A stretch of 64,000 bases of DNA from Mobula hypostoma (taxonomy: Eukaryota): the NCBI RefSeq assembly GCF_963921235.1, contig NC_086108.1:38380001-38444000 (forward strand). The letters are read 5' to 3'. The notes beneath the pieces were generated by a model that saw only the letters and a list, made by a program, of their open reading frames with translations, made no database searches and was not told the origin of the DNA. Shown here in pieces: positions 12,791-25,909 of this stretch. The translations under genes and the position numbers were made by a program. Numbering within the stretch: position 1 is the first letter of the stretch; each line of letters starts with the position of its first letter.

Positions 12791-14280
12791 GCAATTGCCA
12801 GCCAATGGTGCAGTGAGATCTGCACCAGACTTCACATCAACTGGTCCCAGGTACAACTCCAGCTGACCCTCGCACGCTTTCTATCTGTGCTGGGTTGAGC
12901 ATCAAGCTAGCAACTTGGCCTGAAAAAAGAAGACAAATGCTAAAGAAGCAGAAAGGGTGCCATCTGATAGAGGCAGTGGATGGACAGATACTGACCATGT
13001 GCACATAGATGGGAATACTTTAATTTGGCATTATGGTTGGCATTGACATGAGTCAGCCAAAGGGCCTATTCTTGCGCTGTTCTAATGTTAATGTCTCTAT
13101 GCTTTTTCCCATCCAAAACTGAGTCACCAGTTGCAAAGGGTTCAAAGTACAGAGTTCATATACAATACATTCCATAGGGCCAAGAATCCTGGGTTTATCA
13201 CACGAAACACAGACTCGTTCTGGTATGGCCCGACTCAATGAAGGCAGTGCAGACAAATAATTTTGAATTTTTTTTAAGAATGCTATCTATTTCTGTGATT
13301 AAAAAGTTGACTTTGACTTGATTGACAAAAGGTGAAGAGGATTGGTAATAACAAGAGAAAATGGAAGCAGAAACTAAAATTAAATCCATGAAACTGATTG
13401 GTTTTAGTGCTACTGCATACCATCTGCTCTCCAGTTAGCACAAGCGGAAGTCAAAATGAACGCCTACGTATGCCAAAAGAGAATTCCAGAACAATACCCA
13501 AAAGCAGTAAGACTGCAATTTGACTGACTTCAACACTGCGAAGTCAAAGGATGGGACTCCATATCAAAACACCAAACCATCAGGCCTTCACACCCAACTT
13601 GCAAAATTTGGCTAAACTTGAAATATTAACACACCGTATACTGAATGCTCAGATAGACTATATCCTGATGGGTTAATCTACTACTTGAGATACCGAGCCT
13701 GATTTGGATTATTACTATTAGGTCAGCTATCAGTTGAAGCTTAAAACATAAAATTTCAAGTCACTGAGCTATCCTGCTGGCATGGTGCTTGGTTTCATTA
13801 AACACACATTCCTGAATCACCACTGTGCATGGATGTATGCCACATCCTAATTTCAAAGCTGAAGTGTTGGCAATATAGGCCCAATCCAAAGGAAGTGCTG
13901 AAGGTTGATGCTGTATTAAATATTACTGCCTATAAATTGGCTAGCGCTGGTAAGGGTACATCATTTAGCAGGTTTATCAATACTAACACACTAATGCATG
14001 CAAGGTAATGGGCCATATGCAATGCAGAACACCTAACATGTCAAATCTGCAAATTCTTGCCAAAACTGCTTGATTTACTTTAACTGTTAAATAGTTACCA
14101 AAGAGAAATATAACATCAAAAGGTACAGCACAGGAGTAGCCCTTTGGCCCACAATGTTGTGCCAAGCCAGCTGCAAAGTAAATCAAGAAAAACCCAAAAA
14201 CTAATCCCTACACAAAGTCCATATCCCCCTATCTTCCTCATATACTTGTGCCTATCTAAACATCTCTTAAGCGCCTCTAA

Positions 14281-14958
14281 TTTAGATTAGATTAGATATG
14301 ATTCAACTTTATTGTCATTGTGCCGAGCACAGATACAAAGCCAATGAAATGCAGTTAGCATCTCACCAGAAATGCAGAGGAGTGTTATTTACAAAATGAC
14401 TGCGAAAAAAAAGTGCTACAGCACACAAATATAAAAGTACTGAGACAGTGCAATACGAATGCAATACTGCTTAGCGCTGTGATGAGAGGTTCAGCAGTGT
14501 TACAGCCTCAGGGAAGAAGCTCTTCCTGTGCCTGCTGGTGCAGGAGTGGAGGCTCCTGTAGCGCCTACCGGACGGGAGGAGAGTAAAAAGTCCATGGTTA
14601 GGGTGAGATGCATCCCTGATAATGCTTTTCACCCTGCCCAGGCAGCGTTTATGGTAGATGTTCTCAATGGTGGGCAACTGGGTGCCAATAATCTGCTGGG
14701 TAGTTTTCCCCGCACACTGGAGTTGGAGTGCTTTGTGGTCCGATATGGGACAATTGCCATATCACACTGAGATGCAGTTGGTGAGTATGCTCTCAATGGT
14801 ACAGCAGTAAAAGTCCGTCAGTATCCTGGGACAGAGGTGAGCTTTCTTCATGCTCCGCAGGAAATAAAGGCGTTGCTGTGCCTTTTTGATCAGGATGGAG
14901 GGGTTCAGGGACCAGATGAGATCCTCGGAAATGTGGACACCAATGAATTTGAAGCTTG
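14281..14958 (-). mobile_element. Rex1/Babar LINE 3' fragment
   Basis: IIRDASHPNHGLFTLLPSGRRYRS..SFFPEAVTLLN; (AATCT)n tail at 14281-14296. Confidence 0.85.
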
Positions 14959-15291
14959 ATAAATGCTACCATGATAGTAGGCAGCACATTCCAGGCATCC
15001 ACCACTGAGTAAAAAAAAAACTCATCCCTCACATCCCTTTTGAACCTACCCCCCTCTCATCTTCAATGCATGCCCTCTAGTATTAAACATTTCTAGCCTG
15101 GGGAAAAGATACTCACTGTCCACTCTATCTATGCCTCTCATAATTTTATAAATCGCCATTAGATCTCCCCTCAGCCTCCACCGCTCCAGAGAAAACAATC
15201 CAAATTTGACCAACCTCTCATAATAGCACATGCCCTGTCAACCAGGCAGCATCCTGGTAAACCCCTTTTGCACCCCCTCCAAAGCCTCAAC

Positions 15292-16930
15292 AAGCATCAT
15301 GTTCCCCCACATCTCTCGATGATCCTTTGGTCTCAGTATCTGAAGGTGACATGCAGGATGCCTCTAAGAGATTGAATCCAAGGAAAACATCCAGTGCAGA
15401 CAGAATACCTGGCCAAGAACTAAAGACATGTGCTGACCAACTAGCTGCTGTGTTCACAGATATCTTCAACCTTTTGCTTCAGCAGTACTTCAAGCAAGCT
15501 TCAATCATACTGGTGCATAAGAAGAGTGTGGATATCTGTCTCAATGACTTTTGCCCAGTGGCACTTATGTCCACAGTGATGAAGTGTTTTGAGTGGCTGG
15601 TGTTGAAGCATATCAGCTCCTGTCTCACTGGTGACTTAGATCCACCCCTATTTGTCTAAAATAGCATCAGGTCCACAGTAGATACCATCTCATTGGCTCT
15701 TCACACAACCATGGAACATCTGGACAACAAAGATGCATACATCAGGATGCTCTTCATCGATTACAGTTCAGTATTTAATACCATCATCCCCTGAAACTAA
15801 TCACTAACAGGGCCTCAATACCCCCTTGTGCAACTGGATCCTAGATTTCTTCACTTGCAGACACCAGTCAGTTTGGATTGGCAAAATCATCTCCACAATC
15901 TCCATCAGCACAGGTACATGGGCTTAGCCCCCTGCTCTACTCACTTTACACCTACGACTGTGTGGCCAAGAACAGCTCCAACACCATATTCAAGTTTGCT
16001 GATGACACCACTGATGTGGACTGTATCAAAGGTGGTTATAATATAGAAGAGGGAGATTGAAAGATTGAAACTTTGCCTTGAGTGGTGTCATAGCAACAAC
16101 CTCTCACACAATGTAGCAAGACCAGGAGCTAATTGCAGATTTCAGGAAAGGGAAACTAGAGGATCAGGAGCCAGTACTCAGAGGATCAGAGGCAGAAAGG
16201 GTAGGTAAAATTCAAATTCCTGGGTGTCACTATCTCAAAGGACCTGTCTTGAACCCATCATATAAATGTAATTGCAAAGAAAGCACAACAGCACCTCTGC
16301 TTCCTTGGAACGCTATGGAGATCTGGCATGTCATGCAAAACTGTGACAGACTTCTCTAGATATGCAGTGGAAAGGGTATTGACATGTTACATTATGGCCT
16401 GGTATGAAATACCAATGCCTTTGAATGGAAAATCCTTCAAAAAGTAATGGATTCAGCCAGTACATAACGAGTGAAGCCCTCCCAACCTTTAAGCACTTCT
16501 CCTTGAAATGCTGTCATAGGAAAGCATCATCTATCAAAGATCCTCACCACCCAGGCCATGCCCTTTTCTCACTGCTGCCATCTGGTAGAAGGTACAAATG
16601 CCTCAAGACTCCCACCAAGTTCAAGAACAGTTACTACCCCTCACCCATCAGGCTCTTGAACAAAAGAGGATAACTACACTCATCTATTGAGATGTTCCCA
16701 CAACCAATGATCTCACTTTAAGGATTCTTTATCTTGCTATTTCATGCTCGCATTATTTATTGGTATTTATTTATATTTGCATTTCAACAGTTTGTCTTCT
16801 TCGCTCTTGCTCTTTCATTGACCCATTTTCAGTTACTATTCTATAGATTTGCTGAGTATACCTGCAGGAAAAGGAACCTCAGGGTTGTATGTGATGTCAC
16901 GTATGTACTCTGATAATAATTTTTACTTTG
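15292..16930 (+). mobile_element. Rex1/Babar LINE (RT to 3' end), 5' truncated
   Basis: [87 protein letters not shown]; tail gataataattttactttg. Confidence 0.9.
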
Positions 16931-17372
16931 AACATCCTTCCTATAGTGAGGTGACCAGACCTGTATGCAACACACCCTAGTTGTGGCCTAACCACATAAA
17001 GTTCTATAAAGTTGCAGATAACCTCTTGACTTTTGACCTCAATGCCTCGACTAATAAAAACAAGCCATTCCATAATTCCATAAGACTTCTTAATAACCCA
17101 GTTGGCTTGAGTAGCCACCTTCAAGGAGCTATGAACTTGAATCCCAAGAACTCTCTGCTCAGCAACACTCTCTCATGCCTTCCCAGTGTACTGTCTCTTT
17201 GCATTTGATCTACTTTTACCAGATAAATGTGCAATACTTCCCATTTATCTGGGTTAAACTCCATCTGTCATTTCTCTGTCCATATCTGCAACTAATCTAT
17301 ATCACACTGCATTCTTTGCCAGTCTTCTACACTATCCACAACTTCACCAATATTGGTACCATCTGCAAACTT

Positions 17373-18092
17373 ACTACTTTACTTTACTTTATTGTCGCCA
17401 AACAATTGATACTAGAACGTACAATCATCACAGTGATATTTGAATCTGCGCTTCGTGTTCCCTGGAGTACAAATCGATAGTAAATATGATAAAAATTTAA
17501 ATTATAAATCATAAATAGAAAATAGAACAGGGAAAGTAAGGTAGTGCAAAAAAACCGAGTGGCAGGTCCGGATATTTGGAGGGTACGGCCCAGATGCAGG
17601 TCAGGATCTGTTCAGCAGTCTTATCACAGTTGGAAAGAAGCTGTTCCCAAATCTGGCCGTACGAGTCTTCAAGCTCCTGAGCCTTCTCCCAGAGGGAAGA
17701 GGGACGAAAGGCATGTTGGCTGGGTGGGTCGTGTCCTTGATTATCCCGGCAGCATTGCTCTGACAGCGTGCAGTGTAAGGTGAGTCCAAGGACGGAAGAT
17801 TGGTTTGTGTGATGTGCTGGGCTGTGTTCACGATCTTCTGCAGCTTCTTCCGGTCTTGGACAGGACAACTTCCACACTAGGTTATGATGCACCCTAGAAG
17901 AATGATTTCTACGTGCATCTATAACAATTAGTGAGGGTTTTAGGGGACAGGCCAAATTTCTTCAGCTTTCTCAGGAAGTAAAGGCACTGGTGGGCCTTCT
18001 TGGCAGTGGACTCTGCTTGGTTAGACCAAGTCAGGTCATTTGTGATATTGACCCCGAGGAACTTAAAGCTTTTGACCTGTTCCACCTGCACA
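17373..18092 (-). mobile_element. Rex1/Babar LINE 3' fragment
   Basis: VEQVKSFKFLGVNITNDLTWS, IIKDTTHPAN..LPSGRRLRSLKTRTARFGNSFFP; (TAAAG)n tail. Confidence 0.85.
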
Positions 18093-18389
18093 CCATTCTT
18101 CCCAAGTTAAGATTATTACAATGATGGGCTAGTTACTCTGTGCATCAATATACTCTAAATGTGCGCAAAATCTCAAGGGTTAATTTTTAGAGACACAAGA
18201 GACTGCAGATGCTGAAATCTGGAGCAAAAGCAAACTGCTGAATGATGTTGATAGCTCAGGCATCATTTGTGGAGGCAAAGGGGATGTCAGCATCATGGAT
18301 AAAGACCCTGCATACGGACCAGGATAGATCTTTTGATTGACATGCTTTCCATCAGAGTATTTTGCTGATCTTACCCAAGAAAGAAGCTT

Positions 18390-18715
18390 CACAGCACAGA
18401 GTTGTAGATACAAAAGCTGGTGCCTCACAGCTGCACTTCTAGTCCTAATTTCCAACGCTGTCAGTGTGGAGTTTACATCCTCTCCCGTGACCGCACACAT
18501 TTTCTCTGAGTGCTGCACTTTTCTCCCACGCCACAGAAGTGTCCAGGATGGAATGCATTAGGTAAATTGCTGCTAGTCTGTATCTGAGTAATTGAATGTA
18601 GAATCTTGAGAGAATTTCGGGAAAAGTGGGGAGAATAAAGTGGAATTAGTGTTGGCTATGTGTAATTGGATGTTTGATGAGCAGCACAGACTGGGTAGGC
18701 CAAAAGGCCTGAACA
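18390..18715 (+). mobile_element. V-domain SINE
   Basis: gtgtggagtttacatcctctcccgtgaccgc..tgctgcacttttctcccac V-SINE core; CR1-like tail ggccaaaaggcctg. Confidence 0.65.
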
Positions 18716-18989
18716 ACATACATTTCATGTCATATTATTCTACAAATGCCTGTTGTTTGCTGCCATTACTGCCTATGGCATAGCTACTAAACCTACCCAA
18801 CCTCACTATCCAAATGAACTTCCAAACTGTAAATCCCTCTGTTGAAATTGCTTTTGTTGTTTGTCCTAGCCTTGGATCTGCAGGCCGTCACAACATATAT
18901 TTGGAAAGAGAAACACATGGCTTTTCTCAACTGAAAAAGAGATCACCATTGTAATGATAGCAATGGACTGAACTGGTTTGACTGGATAC

Positions 18990-19205
18990 AGAAGACATTC
19001 TGCAGATGCTGGATATCCAAAGCAACATACATAGAATACTGGAGGTATTCAGCAGGTCAGGCGGCATCAATAGAAATGAACAAACAGTCAACATTCCAGA
19101 CCAAGACTCTTCTTCAAGACTAGTCTTGGCCCAAAATATCGACTGCGTTCATTTCCATGTATGCTGCCTGACCTGCTGAATTCTTCCATCATTTTGTGTA
19201 TGACA
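18990..19205. repeat. Palindromic Penelope-terminus-derived element
   Basis: ctggaggtattcagcaggtcaggcggcatc ... atgctgcctgacctgctgaattcttcca inverted arms. Confidence 0.65.
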
Positions 19206-19934
19206 CTATATTAATTGCCTGCCATTTACAACGACACATGCAAGTTCCAATATCAGCTTCTGCAAGCTCAACGGCTTTGACATAATTTATTCATCAAATA
19301 GTTCACACACAAATTTCTGCATAAGGCACTATCTAAAAAAAAATCATCATAATTGCACTACAGCTAGAGTGGGGAAGGCATTAAATCAGTGGCAAATTGG
19401 TCAGTGCTGAACATTGGTACACAGCTGAAATTGGTGGAGTTTACTATCAGTCATCAGCAGCATTGGTTGGTCAGGGTGCTACTAAAGTTAACAGTTCAAC
19501 TTGTGATTAACGAACAATGGCTGAATTAGCTGAATCAGGGAAGGGAGTGAAGTAAATTTAACAAAGGGTAGCTACCTGCCATAAACTGCAACTGCCCCAA
19601 GCTGGGTTCTTTAAAGTACCTTTCAAAGGCACAGAAGCATGACTGCAAGTTATGAAAGTGTCCTGTAGGGAAACTTTACACACCACTCCACATTCAGCAT
19701 TTTCTATATGTCCCATTGTCTGAATTACGTAAGATCTCAAACAAAAACTACACATTTCATGTAAAGACCTAGCTAGCAAATTGGAGCCAACTACTGCACA
19801 ATTAAGGATAGAATGCAATCAATTTTTAACCATGTACTTTTGCTCCATTATTGTGTTTTTTGCTGCACTATTGACCTGGCAAATGTCTCACAAGGTGTTG
19901 TCAAGGACTATGTTATATGTCATAAAGTCAAACA

Positions 19935-20560
19935 GCATGGAAATGTGCTCTTCATCCAGCTCATCCATCTCAACCAAAATACGGATTTCCCTCATCCTGA
20001 TAAACCTCTTTTATCCACGTATCTGTCCAAAAATCTATCAAGTGTTGCCATTGTACTGGCCTCAATTACTTCCTCTGGCAGCTCGTTCCATATATGTTCC
20101 ACCCTCTTTGGGGAAAAGTTGCTCCTCAGATTCCTATTAAATCTTTCACCTCTTATCTTAAACCTATGCCCTCTAGTTCATGACTCCCAATACATGAAAG
20201 AAAAGCTGTGTGCATTTAAGCCATCTATATCCCACATGGCTTTTTATACCTCAACTAGATCATCCCTCTTGGCCTTCAAGGAATAAAGTCCCAGCCTGCC
20301 CAACCTGTCTCTATAACCCAGTACCTTGAATCCTGGCAACATCTTCATCAACCTCCTCTGCACTCTTTCCAGATTAAAGGTATCGTTCTTATAGCAGGAT
20401 AGCCAAAGCTGAACACAAAGCTGCACTCCCAAGTGCAACCTCACCAACCTCTTAAACAACTCCAACGTAACATTCTATTATCTTTGCTTAGTACTTTATC
20501 CAATGAAAGTCAGCTTGCCAAAAGCCTTCTTCATCACTGTCTACCTGTAGGTCACGTGCA
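19935..20560 (-). mobile_element. CR1 3' fragment
   Basis: LERVQRRLMKMLPGFKVLGYRDRLGRLGLYSL. Confidence 0.8.
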
Positions 20561-20684
20561 GATAGTTCAATTCCCAGACTTCAGACCACCCACACCAAAT
20601 GGTTACTTGACTAACCCATGCAGCTTGTTGGCTCATGCACAACTATCGTTAGCTATTGATGCAATATTCATTTTGTTGTCATTA

Positions 20685-22375
20685 CATTGGATTGCAATTT
20701 TTTTTCGGAAGTGTTCCTTCCTCAGAAATTGTTTTTTGTTATGATAGACAGCTTGAAGCTTAACATAAGTATAATTTTAGACCACTTGTATCATGTAGAA
20801 ATTTGGAGAAACAAAAAATTAATTTTTATTGAATACAATACATTTAATTGTATAACAGTGTTGATGCTTTGCTACAGTTCAACAAAGCTGGAAATGTCTT
20901 GTTGATGGTTTTTCTTTATATTCAGGCTTCTCACCTAAGTGTCCAACAGTAATCAACCAGCATTCATGGATTCCACTTGCCCTGATACCATTTCTCCATG
21001 ACCACAATGTCCTGGTGAAAGAAGCCTTTCACCATTCTCATCACTGACACCAGCAAGATTTGCAGGAAAGAAGTCTAAATGGGAATGCAGAAAATGTATC
21101 TTTATTGACATATTGCATTCAGTTTAGTATATTTGAAGTATGTTGTTAACCAGCTGCACATAGATTGGTGTTCTGTAGTACCAAGCAAATTTTCAACAAC
21201 ATCCTTGATTGCCTTCCGTGCGATTTTCTCCAGTCCCACTACAAGTTCTTTGAATTGCCTGCCATTGATGACCTGCTAGATTTGTGGACCAACAAAAATG
21301 TTTTCCTTAATCCTGGCATCAGTTATTCTGGGAAACAGCTGTCTCAAATATCGAAATCCTTCATGGAAATTTTTGTGCCTGGTGACAGCAGATTCCATCC
21401 TTGCAGTCTTCAACCCAGTAATTCTGCTTTTGCCTTTGACAAACCCAGGTCTCTGACCGGGTCACTTAATTCAGATTGAGTTATCAGATGAGGCTCACTC
21501 GGCAAAAAGAGTTCAAAATCAATATTAGTATTATTTTCTATTCCTGGCTCGTGCATCATCGTCTTTGTCTGCCTCCTCTGGACTCCATGTTGCTGATGTC
21601 TTTGGTAAAGGAAGACTATCGTCAAGTGGCATAAGTTTCATGGCTGAAGGGAGATTGCGGTATTCGATGGATTTCTTGTTTTTAGCAGAGAAACCAGGCA
21701 CGCTGGTCAGACAGAATTAGCAGTCTGTCCCATGATCCTTCTGCCCTCGCTATATCATCGAGACAGCGAACGACACTGACGTCCGAATACCTCTCAGCCA
21801 AGTTCTAAGATCAACAGCACAGGTTATGCAACAAATGTGAGGAGCCCAGGCTTTACAACCAGTATTGCTCTTAGGCTTTCTTAGTAAGAGGAGTCATGCT
21901 CTGTCTTTGAGATTTAAGCGCATACTCACTACAAATGGCTGTTGCAACATTGATGAGACATTTTGCTATCTCCAATGCTCCTGAAAATACAGTTACTTTA
22001 TTATAAAGAGTACACACAATATGATAAGCACATAGAGCATGTACATCAACATGACTGCAAACCATGAAGGCAATGCATAGAATGGTATGTGCCTGATATT
22101 TTTCTAGCCTTTCTAAAACCTGTCCTGCCAGGCAGCACTCACTCTGCCGAAGCCTGCCCAGGCGTGCCTGGATAAGATGGAAAATTTTTCAGCTTACATT
22201 ATGGGCAACATTTTAATTGACTTGAATTATGAATTGAAATAACAAATATAGGCGATTAACAAAAAAGGTGCATGATAGGGAAATAAAATGTCAAGGTGAT
22301 TTTCATGATCAGCAGCCCAAAATCCATAAGATACACCCAGAAGTATTCAGAAAGAAAAATCTTTGTTGTCCACTG
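20685..22375 (-). mobile_element. Chapaev3-type (CMC superfamily) DNA transposon, internally deleted, both ends present
   Basis: Minus-strand transposase remnants: ICSEYALKSQRQSMTPLTKKA, AWAPHICCITCAVDLRTWL..QKDHGTDC*FCL, PHLITQSELSDPVRDLGLSKAKAELLG, CNMSIKIHFLHSHLDFFPANL..VSDENGER.FHQDI..ME.WYQGKW..MLVDYCW. Ends CATTGGA.. and ..TCCACTG are flanked by TTA on both sides (20682-84, 22376-78). Confidence 0.8.
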
Positions 22376-23857
22376 TTATTATAAATTAATCAGAAAAATA
22401 TTGCTGATTAAGTACGTTATTTTAGGGGCTCCGATAGAACTGAATATGTCCGTGGAGTATCAACAGAAGTAAAATGGGAAGTTATTTTAAAATGAAACAG
22501 AAGACAAATAACATCATGCTCAGTCACAAGTAACATGTATGGCACACACATGTCACATTTCTTATAAGAGCAACCCAATCCACTTGACTTTCAATAAATT
22601 ACCATCCCCAAGTCCCTCAACATTAAAATCTTGAAGGTTATGGTTGAAAAGCAATTCAATTGAAACATTTATTACAGTGGCTGTTACTACTAGAAAAGGT
22701 TAACGACGTGTGCCTGGTTGTAAATAACTTAGTTTTGCTGCTCAAAGTCTCATCATTCTCTGCAAGGAACATTAGAAGTGACATGGAATACTTTGCACTT
22801 ACTCTGGAACAGAGCTAATAAGACTCAAGAAGTCTTACACAAATCAAACCAAACATGCCAACTTGATGATAATTCACTCACTAACTGAAACATTTACTCA
22901 CGTTACACCAGTGTACGGTGGCTGCAGTGTGAAGTATCATGAGGATATTATATCTATTCACAAGAGGAAATTACTCATGATACACTGCACTAATTGACTA
23001 CAACTTCTCACTCACTGATATTCTTCAGCACCACCTTGAAAACCAGCAAATTCAAGCGGTAGATAAAAACAGGCAAAGCATTTTATATACAACAGAAAAT
23101 CTGCTGATGCTAGAAATCCAAGCAAAGACTTCACCTGTGAGTCTATTAGGGTCATATACTGTGTCCAGTGCTCCCAGTGTGGCCTCCTGTATACCAGTGA
23201 GAAACAACATAGATTGGGAGACTGTTTCACCGAGCACCTGTGCTCCATCCAACTGAAAAAGCAGGATCTCCCAGTGGCCATTCATTTTATTTCCATTTCC
23301 CGTTCCCAATCCGATGTCCATCCATGGCCACCTCCACTGTCATGATGGGGCCACACTTAAGTTGGATGAACAACACCTTATACTCTGTGTGGGTAGCCTC
23401 CAACCTGAAGGCGTGAACATTGATTTCTCGAACTTCCAGTAATGCCCCCCACCTCCACCATTTCCCATCCCTTTTTCCCCTCTCTCACCTTATCTCCTTG
23501 CCTGCCCATAGCCTCCCTCTGATGCTCCTCCTCCCTTTTCTTTCTTCCATGGCCTTCTGTCTCTTTTACCAATTTCCCAGCTCTTTACTTCACCCCTCCC
23601 CCTTCAGGTTTCACCTATCACCTTGGGTTTCTCTCTCCCCTGCGCCCACCCTTTAAATCTACTCCCCAGCTTTTTTTCCTCCAGTCTTGCCAAAGGGATT
23701 CAGCCCAAAATGTTCCCTAGATGCTGCTTGGCCTGCTGAGTTCCTCCAGCATTTTGTGAAGGCATTTTATATAATCACAGGGGATTCTTCAGCTGCTGGA
23801 AATTCAAAATGCTGGAGGAACTCAGCAAACAAGGCAGCATCTGTGGAAATAAACAAA

Positions 23858-23895
23858 CAGTTTACGTTTCAGGCCAAGACCCTTCATCAGGACTG
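23858..23895 (-). ncRNA. Minimal type I hammerhead ribozyme motif of the Penelope terminal repeat (one mismatch in stem I)
   Basis: Minus strand CAGTC-CTGATGA-AGGGTCTTGGCCT-GAAAC-GTA-AACTG. Confidence 0.65.
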
Positions 23896-23924
23896 GAAAG
23901 GAAGGGGGAAGAAGCCTGAATAAG

Positions 23925-23997
23925 AGGGTGGGGAAGGGGAAGGTGGGGACGGTGGGGAAGGGGAAGGTGGGGAAGGTGGGGACGGTGGGGAAGGGGA
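23925..23997 (+). repeat. G-rich tandem repeat (ggtgggga(a/c))n
   Basis: Repeated GGTGGGGAAGGGGAA / GGTGGGGAC units. Confidence 0.8.
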
Positions 23998-24668
23998 AAG
24001 AGAACAAGGGTGATAGTTGATGCCAGGTGGGGAGCTGAAGTAAGAAGCTGGGGGGGGGGTGGGTGATAAATAGAAAAGGTAAAGGGCTGGAGAAGAAGGA
24101 ATCTGATAGGAGAGGAGAGTAGACCATGGGAGAAAGGGAAGGCAGAAGGGCATCAGAGGGAGTTCAAGTTACCATGAATAATGGAGCTATAACTGTTTAA
24201 GGGTAAGCAAATACACTGACCTTTAAATTCCTTCAACAATGCCCAAAATAAATGTTGTGCCGTTGAAGATCAGCTTAACACAGAGCAATGTTGCAATCCT
24301 TTTATGTTTTAGAAGGGAATTTGTTCCTCAGCTTCCTAAACGGATCTCATTAACACTAGAAACATTGTTCCAAGATAACTATTTCCACCACACCCCCCGT
24401 GATACTCAGTCCACAAAGAAGCTCAGGGGTATTAGAGATTTCCAACACTTCTTCAAAGTAATATCATATTAATTGGAAAGGCCATGTTATCTGGCTGACA
24501 GTGCAATGGATCCTCAGTACTCCACTGGAGCGTAAGCTTAGACTTTCTGACTCTGCCGGTTGTTTGAATGCAGAACATGAGAAAGTGAGTGACTACTGAG
24601 CCAATATTTGATGAATCCAAACCATTACTGTACATGATAGCAAATATTGTTAATACTTATTCACTTAC

Positions 24669-24701
24669 AAGCAAGCACGAGCATGCAGTACTCAAATATA
24701 G
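24669..24701 (-). CDS. Candidate 33-nt cassette exon
   Basis: cattcttttcctataccaag|CTATATTTGAGTACTGCATGCTCGTGCTTGCTT|gtaagtga; open in phase 0 (LYLSTACSCLL) and phase 1 (IFEYCMLVLA). Confidence 0.25.
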
Positions 24702-25909
24702 CTTGGTATAGGAAAAGAATGATGCTGAAATCAGATCACGAAATCTAATTGTCTAATTACAGTAAAAAAAGGCATTCTTTGCAGTTTGTTAGTTAACCAC
24801 TTGTTGACATTCAAAGGTAAATTAGGGGATATTGTTGCTTTGAAAATGATGATCAAGAAAAGAAAGATACCCTCTTAAAAGATTGCTTCGAGTTTATACT
24901 AGCGGCACGAACTCATATATAGTATTTTAATTTAAAAAAAGGATAAAATACACTCTATTTTTTCCTGAATTAAAACTGATGCAGAATGATGCCAAGTAAT
25001 TTTGATTGCAATCAAGAGCCATCTTCCAGCAACAATGACTCAAGCTTAGCTCTGCATTATACATGAAATCTACATTTGTAGATATAAAAATGATTACCTT
25101 GAAGTAAGCAAATTTATATGCTGATTAGAAGAGGCTATTCATCACCAATTTTATAGTTCCCTTCTGTAGTTCTGTAACTTTCTTGAGGTATTTTATTTTT
25201 GTCAGATAGCTTTCACATCTTAAAAAACAAAAGCATAGGTACAAATGTGTCCAGATGGACTATCTATAAAGTTGCTTTTGCCCCCTGGTAGTTAAGTCAA
25301 AAATCAAAGAACTATGGCTTTGCTTCTCCAGTATATAAAATTTATCAATTACACACTATAGCACAAATGGTGAAATGGCATACAATATGTTGACAATTAA
25401 AAAATTATATGATAATTAAGAAATTATCAAACTGCAAACACTGAATTCATTGTTGATTTTTTCTTCCTGCTAAGGCTAATTCTTTCACTGAAATGTGGAG
25501 TGAAGAAAATTCAACTGAGCAAGCATTTATACACTGATATCCAACACTGAGTTTTTATAACACGAATTCAAGAGTGTAGTCCGTTATAATTTAAAGTACT
25601 ATGTAACGGAACCTTTTTTTTTAACTGCACAAATAAAATTGTACCAACCAATGCATGCTGCACAACTTTCGGAAAAAAAATTGGCAAACTGCTGTAGCCC
25701 ATTTTGTAGATGGAACACCAGAGTAGTTGATGTGCCATTCAGCATAATTGCAACACCATTAATACAGGGTTAAGATTTCTACAGTAGCACTTCTCCAGCA
25801 GGTAGGAAAGATTCCATCAAAATTCCTTATCCGAGCCTCATAGATACTAAAAAAAATACTTTGAGGCATCAGTGCAAGAAACTTTGCACAAAATAGCTCA
25901 CAGAAGAAG

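Larger units (their letters stand above)
14100..18110 (-). mobile_element. CR1 3' portion split into pieces (~14100-14280, 14960-15290, 16930-17372) by Rex1/Babar insertions
   Basis: Collinear CR1 ORF2 C-terminal peptides (YYERLVKFGLFSLERWRLRGDL; MKVATQANWVIKKSYG..FISRGIEVKS) resume on each side of the inserts. Confidence 0.8.
23090..24170 (+). mobile_element. Penelope-like element: GIY-YIG endonuclease remnant plus terminal repeat and an inverted partial copy
   Basis: 23130-23240 encodes FTCESIRVIYCVQCSQCGLLYTSEKQHRLGDCFTEHL (GIY-YIG motif); terminus at 23680-23757 and an inverted terminus from ~23795. Confidence 0.8.

Noticed and set aside
23822..24153. Pro/Ser-rich ORFs
   Set aside because: Translations of a G-rich simple repeat within a Penelope fragment.
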